Shown: piece by piece, positions 12,628 to 23,915 of the stretch
Position numbering within the stretch: the stretch's first letter is position 1
Layout of the letters: each line of letters starts with the position of its first letter
Assembly (NCBI RefSeq): GCF_030684315.1
Contig: NC_081391.1
Location: forward strand, 13,121,342 to 13,185,341
Direction of reading: 5' to 3'
DNA length: 64,000 bases
Source: Stegostoma tigrinum
Taxonomy: Eukaryota
Program-made: the position numbers and the translations under genes
Notes under the pieces: model-generated
Told to the model about the DNA's origin: nothing
The model's database searches: none
The model's input: the letters and a program-made list of their open reading frames with translations, nothing else

Positions 12628-14077
12628 TGAGGATTGCAAATGTCATTCCCCTGTTCAGAGGATAGCAAATGTGGTTCCCCTGTGCAAGAAGGGGAGTAGA
12701 GACAAACCTGGTAATTGTAGACCAGTCAGCCTTATCTCAGTTGTTGGTAAAGTGTTGAAAAAGGTTATAAGGGATAGGATTTATAATTATCTCAAAGAAT
12801 AAATTGGTTAGGGATAGTCAGCACGGTTTTGCGAAGGGAAGGTCGTGCCTCACAAACCTTATTGAATTCTTTCAGAAGGTGAGCAAACAGGTATTTGAGA
12901 GTAAACCGGTTGATGTGGTGCATATGGATTTCAGCAAGTCGTTCGATAAGGTTCGCCACAGTAGGCTATTGTACAAAATGCGGAGGAATGGAATTGTGGG
13001 AGATATAGCAGTTTGGATCGGAAATTGGCTTGCTGAAAGAAGACAGAGGGTGGTAGTTGATGGAAAATGTTCATCCTGGAGACCAGTTACTAGTGGTGTA
13101 CTGCAAGGGTCGGTGTTGGGTCCACTGCATTTTTATAAATGACCTGGATGAGTTTGTAGAAGGATGGGTTAGTAAATTTGCAGACGACACTAAGGTCAGT
13201 GGAGTTGTGGATAGTGACGAAGGCAGCTGTAGGTCGCAGAGAGACATAGATAAGCTGCAGAGCTGGGCTGAGAAGTGGCAAATGGAGTTTAATGCAGACA
13301 GGTGTGAGGTGATGCACTTTTGTAGGAGTAACTGGAAGGCAAAGTACAGGGCTAATGGTAAGATTCTTGGTGGTGTAGATGAGCAGAGAGATCTCGGTGT
13401 CCATGTACACAGATCCTTGAAAGTTGCCACCCAGGTTGACAGGGTGGTTTAGAAGGCATACAATGTTTTGGCTTTTACTAATAGAAGGATTGAGTTCCAG
13501 AACAAAGAGGTTATGGTGAAGCTGTACAAAACTCTGGTTAGGCCGCACTTGGAGTATTGTGTACAGTTCTGGTCACCCCATTATAAGAAGGATGTAGAAG
13601 CTTTGGAAAGGGTGCAGAGGAGATTTACTAGGATGTTGCCTGGTATGGAGGGAAGGTCTTACGAGGAAATGCTGAGGGACTTGAGGCTGTTTTCATTCAA
13701 GAGAAGAAGGCTGAGAGGTGACTTAATTGAAACATATAAAATAATTCGAGGGTTGGATAAGGAGAGCCTTTTTCCTCGGATGGTGACAGCGAGCACGAGG
13801 GGGCATTGCTTTAAATTGAGGTGTGAACGATATAGGACAGATGTCAGAGGTAGTTTCTCTACTCAGAGTAGTGAGGGAATGGAACGCTTTGCCTGCAACG
13901 GTAGTAGATTCACCAACTTGAGGTACATTTGAGTCGTCATTGGACGAGCACATGGACGTACATGGAATAGTGTAGGTTAGATGGGCTCCATATCGGTATG
14001 ACTGGTCGGCACAACATCGAGGGCCGAAGGGCCTGTACTGTGCTGTAATGTTCTATGTTTTATGTTCTATATTCTAT
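12628..14077 (+). mobile_element. 5'-truncated CR1 LINE (RT domain, disrupted) inserted in the distal promoter of copy 2
   Basis: ORF pieces SQHGFAKGRSCLTNL, DFSKSFDKV, GVLQGSVLGP, KFADDTK, YCVQFWSPH; (TTCTAT)-type tail at 14050-14077; empty site caaaga|gctccaacac visible at ~4477-4490; 8-bp deletion relative to the 38661 copy and in-frame TAG at 13450-13452. Confidence 0.92.
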
Positions 14078-14261
14078 GGCTCCAACACCAACGTTCTAAA
14101 GTTATGACGACTATTCCCTCAGATTAACAATCCGACAGAATTCCGCAAATCTGTGATGACTGAGTCTTAACGCACAACCTCAGATACACAAGTGAAGGTT
14201 TAGAGTATATTTTATTGTCATTTTGTGGCAAATACATTTACAGAATGTGCACTTGTACAGG

Positions 14262-14449
14262 AGGTCAAAGGTCATTCAGCAATTCCATCATCGACCAGTT
14301 GTCAACTGTGATTCGTTTCTGGATCCAGTTCCCATCCTGCACTGATTGGACGTGGCAGCTGATCAACTGATCATCAAGAGTGATTGGCCATCACTGATGA
14401 TGTCATTTCCTGCTCCATAAAAAGAGGGTCTGCCCCTGGGGTATAAATA
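14262..14449 (+). promoter_or_regulatory. Proximal promoter of copy 2 (perfect DR1 14262-14274; TATAAATA 14442-14449)
   Basis: Same motif order as the copy 1 promoter. Confidence 0.72.
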
Positions 14450-14534
14450 GAGTCCCACGGGAATGATGTTGATTGTTCTTCCTAATTTTGTTATTTTGGT
14501 GGTGAGGAGAATAAAAGAAATTTATTGTCACAAG

Positions 14535-17500
14535 ATGGCCTCCCAGATCAGTCAGAACTATCACCAGGATTGTGAAGCTGCTGTCAACAAGCAGATTAAT
14601 GTGGAGCTCACTGCCTCCTATCTCTATCAGTCTTTGGTGAGTGCTGTCTCTCGGGGTGAAACATATAAATCTGTTCTGTTGAAGTAAATTCTTTGCCTGG
14701 CCTCTAGTGAAGCTGACAATCTAGTAGATTGAGGTTTTGTGGCTCCTACCTAAATATCAGTTCAGGATAGAGGTGGTGTTACTATCACGATGGTGTAGGA
14801 TACTGATGTATGTTAACTCAGGTCCCAGTTGGCCTTCAGTGGTATCTGGAGGGTAAAAGCCTCTTGCTTTTTTTCTTTCTGACACAAGTTTCCTGACTTC
14901 ATTTGCCTGATCTCTGTGGTGGTCCTAAACAAACATGCTGATTTTTTTTAACACTGACAATAACAAGAACTTCCCTGTTGCAGTGGCCCTTGTTAGTCTG
15001 AACAAACCTGAGGCTAGTCTGTGACTGGTATCTATTTTATGTAGATCTCCTTCATTGAGGCTGACTTGGCTTTACTTGCATTTATTCAAGAGGTGGGTGT
15101 GGCCTATCCCGTCCCCACTGAGAGTTGATCTGCTGTGTGTGAGAAATGTTGGATCCCCTCTCTGCCCCCTCTCCTCCCCACCCCACCCCACACTGGGGCT
15201 GCAGGAATGTGCTGAGGCTATGAGCCCAGTGACATTGAAGAAATGGAGGTTGTTCCCATATCATTTAGCTTGACCTAAAACAAAATGTCCCCTCTATCCC
15301 GGTGGTGATGTGACTGTGCCCTTCCAAAGAGTAGAATGTGCTTGGAAGGTATGTGTTGAAGTAACCTTGGTGAGTGCTGCAGGGGACCTGGTAGGTAATG
15401 GACCCTGAAAGGAGGTGGTGAATGCAGTCCCCATGAAGTGGGCTGCCCTGTCCTGGATGGTGTCTGCTTCTTGCATGTTGTAGCTCCCCTTCTACAGACA
15501 CACGGGGAATATTCATCTCTCTCTGGGCTTGTGCCTATTGGAAGGAAGTTGTCTTATAATGAGGACTAAGTCCCTATAAGCCTCACTTGGGAGGTGGGAC
15601 CGCTTTAATGGTGAGCCAGTTGTTGGGGTTTAATCACTGTGTCCCAACTCTATTGGCACATGCTTCCCAAGGATAAAATCCCGACTATCTTCTGCCACAA
15701 CTTGTAACTACCCACTGAAACCACAGATATTTGCTTGCCTGACTGTGGTTTTTGGATTTGAGGATTAAAGTAACTTTACAGGAGTCCTTCCCCAGAATGT
15801 AATTCTTAGCTGATGCTTCCAATAGCGAGCATTAGCTCTTCAACCCTTACATCGAATTGTGAACATGACAGTTTAGATATGAGTCACATGGGCTGAAAAC
15901 CTACAGGATTTTTTGCCTGTTTGGGTAAAGTCAGGGCAAGTGTTTTTCCAGGTTACTGTTTTCACTAGTGACGTTATCTACAGGCCACTAATAGTTGACA
16001 TTTGATCATTTGTTTTGCAATTTGTTTCAGTCATGTGACTTGGTGCAAGTTTCTGACAGCCTGAGTTTGCACTATTTAGGCAGAGCAATAACCCACTGCT
16101 GCAACGATCCAAAGGCTGTTACTGGGCAGGCTTTCCTCGGCATTATCTTAGTGCCAAACTCCATACTGGAGACAGCACACCTTTGTAGAGTTCATGTGTA
16201 CACTTACATCCCAATCTCATTGATCCTGGGTTTGCAGAAAACATGCTCCCTACTAGTCGTTGACTACAGCAGGGTTTCAACATCTTTTTTCCAGTTTTCC
16301 CCAAAGGCAAAACATAGTGCCTTGCGTCTTGTAGTTGAGAACTGGAATGGGGAGTGAGCCAGTGATGTCTGATGTAATTTTAACTTGATCTTCCAGATGT
16401 CCTACTTTGACCGGGACGATGTTGCCCTCGCCCATTTCTCCCGGTTCTTCAAAGATCAGTCCCAGGAGAAGCGGGAACATGCAGAAAAGCTGCTGAAATT
16501 CCAGAATCAGCGTGGAGGCCGAGTCCTCCTCCAGGATGTGAAGGTTGGGGTTGGGTGGTGGGGGAAGTGCAGGGGGGAATGGCTGCTCTTGCGGTGTCAT
16601 CTCCAGTGACAAGATTTTCAGATCCTGAGCGAGTGTGAGAAGTTCTTTTGCTTGGCTTCCCTGTTTGCTCTTCTCCATCTCCAGTGTTTCAGCATTTATG
16701 CAAGCCCTCTGGTCCACCAGGCCTATGCTGACGCAGCAAAGACCGAACTGTACTCACCCTGTACTTGGTCCAGGCCCTACTATACCCTAGTGTTTAGCAC
16801 TCGCCCAGCTAGTCCTTTAAACAGTGCTGCAGTAGCCGTTTCCAGCACTTTGTTCTTCCGTTCCCCAACACACCCACCAAATTTCCTCCAATCCCCTCTA
16901 TCCTGCTTCCTCAAACCTGTGCCCTCTGGTCTTAGTGTCTGCCATGGGGAAGACATTTTCCCCATCTACTGTCCAGACTTCCTTGTCTTCCATCAAACAA
17001 CCACCTCAGCCTCACCTGCTCAAAGGAAAACCCCCAGCCCATCCAATCACTCTCCTCAATGGATTTTCTGTCTTGGCGAAACAACCTGGGGACCCTCACC
17101 AGCACCCCCTGCAGTAGCATCCTGTCCTTCTGACCAGTGAGGCCAACGATAGAATGCAGCAGAGACCGGAAGAACAATTTTCATAAAATGTGTTCAAAGG
17201 ACTTGTCCCTGTGCTGTTCCTCACAACCCTGCCCCAAACTAACATGTTACTTGGCCTATGTCCCCTTTCACACACAGTTTGCCTTGTGTGAGCATTGAGG
17301 GATCGATGATCCTGTGTTTATTGTAAGCACATTACTGCCCCCGACAATGAATTCAAGTCATGATGGTTCTGACCATGCTGCTCGGGCATGTATGAGGCCA
17401 CAAGCACAAGTGAGACTTGAACCTCAGCCTTGTCAACCGGAGCTTGGGACACTAACGCTACTTCCCCCACAGCCCTTGGGATTCACTCCTGAATATCCTT

Positions 17501-18695
17501 TTTAAGACTCCAGCAGATGGACACTGGTGCAAATGACTAATCTGGTACATTTTTATTCCCTGTGGTACAAGAATACGTTCCTGAGCTTCCGGCTTCAGGT
17601 CAAGGATAAATGGGGCAAGGTGAAAGGAGTCACCAAGTAGCTAATGTTTTCTTTACCTGGACTTCAGGGATGGCACAGTGGCTCAGTGGTTGGCACTGTT
17701 GACTCAGTGCCAGGGGCACCAGTTTGGTTCTGGCCTGTGACGAGAATTTAAACGTTATCCCAAAGCATGGCTTCCCCACACAGTAGAAAAGAGGATTGGC
17801 AACTTGAAATGCAGGTTACACGAACAGGGTGGGAATGGGACCAGATGGGATGCTCTTCAGCAGTTATGGTCTCAATGGGGTGAATGGCCAGCTCCCATGC
17901 TGCAGGGATTCTGTTTCTAAAGCTTACCTGTCCTTCTCTCCATCCCCAGAAGCCAGAGAGGGATGAGTGGGGTAACAGTCTGCAGGCAATGCAGGTTGCC
18001 CTGGATCTGGAGAAGAATGTGAACCAGAGTTTGCTGGATCTCCACCAACTCGCCACAGCACAGACTGACCCTCATGTAAGCTTCACCTCCTCATTCACAT
18101 CACTGCTGGACTCTCAGGGTAATGTTTCATTGGTTGGTCTGTGTGGATTGGAAATTCACTGATGTAACACTTTCCATCCATTACTTTCCTGAACTATTGT
18201 AACATTGATCACTTGGGATCATACTGATTACAATGAGGTATAAGGGGAATTTGATCTATAATCTAGTGGAAGTGCTGAAATGACGTTGGCCATTGAGTTC
18301 TTCATTAGTATCATTGCAGTGGAATGATCATTGTCCATCACAATCCAACTCAGCTCCATTTCACAAACAGCAAGATGGAGCAGCTGACATGTTGTCCTCA
18401 CTGGCACAAATTCTCCAGGTGTTAGCTCGCTTTTCAGGGCTGTCCAGAGCTAGTCATGGCTAAGTCTGTCTTGCAGAGGGAATTCTGAAATTGTCTTGGA
18501 TAGTATAAATGTACCAAGTGTCATATTCCTCTGTTGCAGCTGTGTGACTTCCTGGAGACTCACTATTTGGATGAGGAGGTGGAGATCATCAAGCAACTTG
18601 GGGACTACATCACCAACCTGAAGCGCCTGGGAGCCCCTGAGAATGGGATGGGAGAGTACCTGTTTGACAGGCTCTCCCTGGAGGACAGCAGTTAG
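14535..18695 (+). CDS. Ferritin subunit, copy 2 (type B), intact 176 aa: exons 14535-14636, 16397-16543, 17950-18075, 18540-18695
   Basis: Open spliced frame with GT-AG introns; exon 2 [49 protein letters not shown]. Usual polyA hexamer is AATGAA (18823-18828); ATTAAA at 18871-18876. Confidence 0.94.
15400..15600 (-). mobile_element. Ancient LINE ORF2 remnant in intron 1, shared with copies 3, 5, 6 and 7 (~24860, ~41440, ~47980, ~56970)
   Basis: Minus-strand translation [16 protein letters not shown] resembles the LDTIQDKAARLIG segment I recall from CR1/L2-clade shark LINEs. Boundaries approximate. Confidence 0.4.
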
Positions 18696-20364
18696 TGTGG
18701 CCTGGAGTACTGTCTGCTTGGTCTGAATGCATTCCCCACTTCACCCCATGCAATCTGGCTCCTTCCAGGGAAAAGGGGCTTGTAGCAAAGCATGTAATAG
18801 CTGTACCAGCTGAATGGGAATGAATGAAATGTATTGATGTTGCTTCTTGTCCATCATTGAGACCCTTGATATTAAAGAGCTTTTGAGAGCTTCAAGCCTG
18901 TAATTTTGGCTAATGAAATTATTAATTTGACAAAATATTTCCCTGGTCTTCCCTCCAACACCACCGCAGCATCAGTCTCGGAATTCCCGTGGAACTTCCT
19001 CTAAGTTATGAATCGAAGTTATTCCCCCAGCCAGAACTTGAGGTTGGGGCCTGCGGGGTGTAAAATCAGTTTGTACTATTATCTCACACCCAGGTATGAT
19101 GAATACACGTGCAGCTAAAATTTTCATTGCTCTCAAAAGAGAAAACACCCCTGCTTGGCCGAAAGAAAGACTTGACACCCACTTTCACTGAAACAGGGCT
19201 GTTGGATGCTTTATGTTCATGTCTAGTTTGCTTAGCAATAGCTTCCCTGTCAACATCCACCAACTGAGACTTATTGCTAAAGTCCACACAAATCACAAGT
19301 TGATGCCAACGTAAATGCTGTGCCAGCTGGCTCGGCTTGCCTCAACAAGAGCTTAAGGGAAGAGACCCAGCAGCGTCCCCCCTCTAGCCTTGTGGAGGAA
19401 CCAGCAATGCTGGGAGCAATAAACTTAAACTTAGCAACGGGGATCTGACACACCTGGTCTATTCTATTCAAATCAATGTTATTACTTTCTCCGGACAGTG
19501 CATCCTAGATTCACTGAGACCCAGTTGAGGTTCAAGCCAAGACCAGCCCTGTGGCCTCCTGACCCCCCACCACCAACTGCCTGCCTCAGGACAGCCATCA
19601 GCAGTTGCTCACAATGACCAGTTCATTTGTTCCTTCGCCTGAGGAACATGCGCTGCTCTCCCAGGGGATATGGATTAAATACCCATTGTCGCTCGACAAG
19701 AAAGCTCACACGGGGGGAACCATTTCCCAGGAGTAATCCAAAGCTGTCCTAATGTGGTTTTGCTCCATTTCCTTCCTTGCTCTCTGCCAGGTCTTGGTCA
19801 GAAACACCACCACGCCTAGTAATAAACTTCAGGCCAGCCAGCCCAGAGATGGGAATATTCAGCACAAGTCTGCTTGAAAAAATTCACCTGAACTGGATGC
19901 ACTTAATGCTACCGACAGCAGGATAACAGTGACCTGGGAATGACACAGCAACGCTCCTGGTTAAATGCTGCCATTTGATTGGCTCTTGCTGCTGAAGCCT
20001 GCATTGAGCGCACTCAGCTGCTCCCTTGTTCCTCTGAGCTTCCCCCACGGGGAGGGTTACTCCTGATGCAGGTTGATTTCACCCGATCACATTGAAGGAG
20101 CAGTGTGACTCAGGGAGGAGACCTGCAGATGCTGACTTTCCTGAATGGCTGCTTCCTTTATCTTTCGAGGTGTCAGAGATCGTGGTTTAGGGAGGGGGCT
20201 ATAAGAGACATCCTGGGGAATGTTTCAGGGAGTTTTGTAGCGATTGCACACTGCAGCCTTCACTGAGGGTGTGGGTCTTTAAGGCACAGAATGTATTTGT
20301 TCCACCACGTAGAGTTTTATTTTAAACCATCTTGAGTCTTGGGTGTAGAATCCCTGCAGTGCGG

Positions 20365-20444
20365 GAAGAGGTTGTTCAGCTCATTTAGTCTGCACTGATC
20401 CTCTGAAGAGGTTGTTCAGCCCATTTAGTCTGCACTGATCCTCT
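20365..20444 (+). repeat. 40-bp tandem duplication (2 copies)
   Basis: gaagaggttgttcagc(t/c)catttagtctgcactgatcctct twice; single copy at the paralogous site ~29734. Confidence 0.85.
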
Positions 20445-20459
20445 GAACAGCATCTTGTT

Positions 20460-20645
20460 CAGACACACACTGCCTTCTTACGCCATCTTTCCCACGGCCA
20501 GTCCAAAATAAACTGCATGTCTTTGGACTGTGGGAGGAGGCCCACACAGGCACGGGGAGGATGTGCAGCCTCCACACGTGACTGGAATTGACCCCAGGTC
20601 CCTGGCACTATGAGGCAGTAATGCTGACCATTAAAATACCCTGCC
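20460..20645 (-). mobile_element. Decayed minus-strand HE1-like SINE in the spacer (similar remnants ~29790-29995, ~46560-46700, ~52850-53170)
   Basis: ctgcatgtctttggactgtgggagg...cacggggaggatgtgcagcctccacac is the reverse complement of the SINE core seen in intron 2. Confidence 0.55.
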
Positions 20646-21443
20646 ATCCAAAAGTTACAAAAAACAGGAACACTCTTTTGCATAGAATTAGAGTGAATGA
20701 CTCATTTCTTACGGAAACAGACCCTTCGGTCCTACCCGTCCATGCTGACGGGGTTTCCCAACCTGACATAGTCCCACTTGCCTGCCTTTGGCCCATATCC
20801 TTCTAAACCATTCCTTTCCATGTAAATCTCCAAATGTCACTTAAATGTTGTAATTCTAACTACATCCACCACTGTCTCTGACAGCTCGTTCTAAACATAC
20901 ACACCACCTTCTGTATGAAAATGTTGCCCCTCATGTCCCCATCAAATCTTACCCCTCTCCCCTCAAACCGATGCCCTCTAATTTTGGACGCCCCCCCCAC
21001 CCCGACCCTGTCCCAGCATGCTTTTTATATACAGTCAATCTTGAGTGTGCCAACGGCAAGGCTACATTTAGTGCTCAGCAACTGTTACACTTCAGGAGGT
21101 GGTGATGAGCTGCTTATTACAGTCCACCTGGTGTAGGAGAGACCGGAATGATGCTGCTGCTGTTGCTGAGGAGGGGCTTCTGGGATCTTCACTCACAAAC
21201 ACTGATATTATTCCAAGTCAGGATGGTGACGGATTTACTTGGAGCTGCTTCAGTGTCACTGGGGCGGCATTGAGCTGGAAAATTGCAAGCTTCTCCAGCA
21301 TTATTCCCAACTTCAGTCTTATCGATGGTGGACAGACTCTGAAAAGTCTGAAGTAGAGTTATTCACAACAGAATTCCCAGACTCTGACTTGGTCTCAAAG
21401 CCATGAGCACATGAATTAGGACTGACCTCTGCCCATGGTTTCT

Positions 21444-22851
21444 TAGAAAATAGAACCTAGAACAGTGCAGCACAGTTCACGCCCTTCAGCCCACGATGTT
21501 GTTTCGAACTTTTATCCTAAACCCAAGGCCTATCTCACCTCCACTACCTTATACTATCATCCATATGCTTATCTAATAGCCGCTTAATTGCCCCTAACGA
21601 GGCCGACTCCACGACACTCTCTGGCAATGCATTCCACGCCCCAGCCACTCTCTGAGTAAAGAACCTGCCTCTGACATCCACCCTATATCTACCTCCACTC
21701 ACTTCAAAACTATGCCCCCTCATAATAGCTAACTCCATCCTAGGAAAAAGTCCCTGGCTGTCTAATCTGCCTATACTTATGATCATTTTGTACACCTCTA
21801 TAAAGTCACCTCTCATCCTTTGTTCTGAAGAGAAAAGCCCTCGTTCTCTAAACGTTTCTTCGTAAGATCTTCCCTCCATTCCAAGCAACATCCTGGTAAA
21901 TCTCCTCTGCACCTTTTCTAACACTTCCATATCTTTCCTAGAATGAGGTGACCAGAACTGGTCACAATACTCTAGATGTGGCCAAACTAGGCTTTTGTAT
22001 AACTGGAGCATAACTTCACAGCTCTTGAACTCAATCCCTCTATGAATGAAAGCTAACACACCACATGCCTTCTTAACAACTCTATCCACCTGACTGGCAG
22101 CTTTCAGGGAACTGTGGACATGAACCCCGAGATCCATCTGCTCCTCCACACTGCCAAGAATCTTTCCGTTAACCCTGTGTTCTGCTTTCAAATTTGTCCT
22201 TCCAAAATGAATCACTTCACGCTTTTCAGGGTTAAACTCCATCTGCCACTTCTCAGCCCCACTCAATACCCGACCAATGTCCTTTTGTAACCTAGAACAG
22301 CCCTCCACACTATCCACAAGTCAAATCACCTTCGTATCTTCCAAAAACTTACTAATCCGCCATTCCACTCCTACATCCAAATCATTTAACAAAATCATAA
22401 ATAAAAGAGGACCCCGAACAGACCCTTGAGGTACACCACTCGTAACTGAGCGCCATGTTGAATATTTTCAGTCAACTGTCACCCATGTCTTCTATGGGTC
22501 AGCCAATTCTGAATCCAATCTGCCACATTTCCCCCGTCGCATGCCTCCTGACTTTCTGCATGAGCCTGCCATGGGGAACCTTATCAAAAGCCTTACTTCA
22601 ATCCATGTATCCCACATTCACTGATCTACCTTCATCCACATGTTTGGTCATCCCTTCAAAGAATTCAATCAGATTTGTGAGGCATGATGTACGCCTCACA
22701 AATCCACACTGGCCGTCACAAATCATACTGTGCCTGTGCAAGTGATAATTAATTCTGTTTCTTAGAGCCCTTCCCATTAATTTGCCCACCACTGGCATAA
22801 GACTAGCTGGCCTGTAATTTCCAGGGTTACCCCATTCCCTTTTTTGAACAC
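21444..22851 (-). mobile_element. 5'-truncated CR1 LINE, minus strand, in the spacer before copy 3
   Basis: Minus ORFs 21544-22317 (AEKWQMEFNPEK, LYKSLVWPHLEYC) and 22598-22879 (GNYRPASL, SCLTNLIEFF); TAGAA tail at 21444; empty site ccatggttt|atgtataatattc at ~30708-30730. Confidence 0.92.
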
Positions 22852-23632
22852 ATGAATAATATTCAAACTTGTCATTCAAAGCTAAAAGATAGCACTAGAT
22901 TGCATCCTGCTTTTTGAAGCAGATATTGAGTGAAAGTAACTTGCTTCCACCAATCTGTACATCAGTGCTGTGATCATACTCGAACGTTCATTGGGGATCC
23001 TCAATTCCCAAAGCCTCACAGACCACCAGTCCATGGGAGGCTGCTCCATTCAACGCAGTTTCTGAGCCATACATTCTACAGAATGTAATGTAAACAGGAC
23101 CAGCAACTCTCCACTTGGAAACATGCTGGACTTAAGCTCTCGATTTACTTCATTCAATTAAAAACCAAACTTTGCGAAAGAAAGTTTGCATGTGCTATAC
23201 ATTTCCAGCAGCAATGTAGACAGGGAGGTGTGAGGTCTACTATGCAGGAGAGGCACTCAGCACATTTAGCACCTTGCTTTTCAAACTGCACTTCATGAAC
23301 CCAACGTCAAGGAGATCACAGCAGATTCAGAATGGATCCACAAAGGAATGAGCTTCCTGTATGAGGTAACCCAAAAGCACATTGTTTCTGTCGCGGCACA
23401 GCAATAAGAAAATGTTTACTGTTAACAAAATCTGGCCATTTTTCAATGGGCTCCAACGCTGTTATTCAACAAGTACAAAGACTAATCCCTCAGAGTAACA
23501 AACTGACAGAATTCTGCCAATCTGTGATGAGTGTGTCTTAAGATATAATTTCAGATACAATCTTGAAGTTTTAGAGTATATTTTATTGTCATTTTCACAG
23601 AGAAATATTTCCAGGATTTGCACTTGTGCAGG

Positions 23633-23821
23633 AGGTCAAAGGTCAGTCAGCAATTCTATCATCGACCCGTTGTCAATTCTGATCGTTTTCTGGATCCAAT
23701 TCCCATCCTGCACTGATTGGACGTGGCAGCTGATCAATTGATGAACGAGAGTGATCGACCATCACTGATGATCTCATTTCCTGCTCAAGAAAATAAAGGG
23801 CTGCTGCTCGAGTAAAAAAAA
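23633..23821 (+). promoter_or_regulatory. Degenerate promoter of copy 3: DR1 intact (23633-23645), TATA box replaced by TAAAAAAAA
   Basis: gagtaaaaaaaaatgtccc at 23810-23827 aligns with gagtataaatagagtccc in other copies. Confidence 0.65.
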
Positions 23822-23915
23822 TGTCCCAAGAGAGTGATGTTTATGGTGTAGTTGGTTATCTTTCCAAGTTTGTTATTTGATTTTGGAGGAAAAGGAAAGC
23901 TATTTTCTTCATAAA

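Noticed and set aside
16652-17140. 162-aa intronic ORF present in copies 2 and 5 (42690-43178)
   Set aside because: Non-ATG start, no recognisable domain, not conserved in other copy types; shared only because of the recent duplication.
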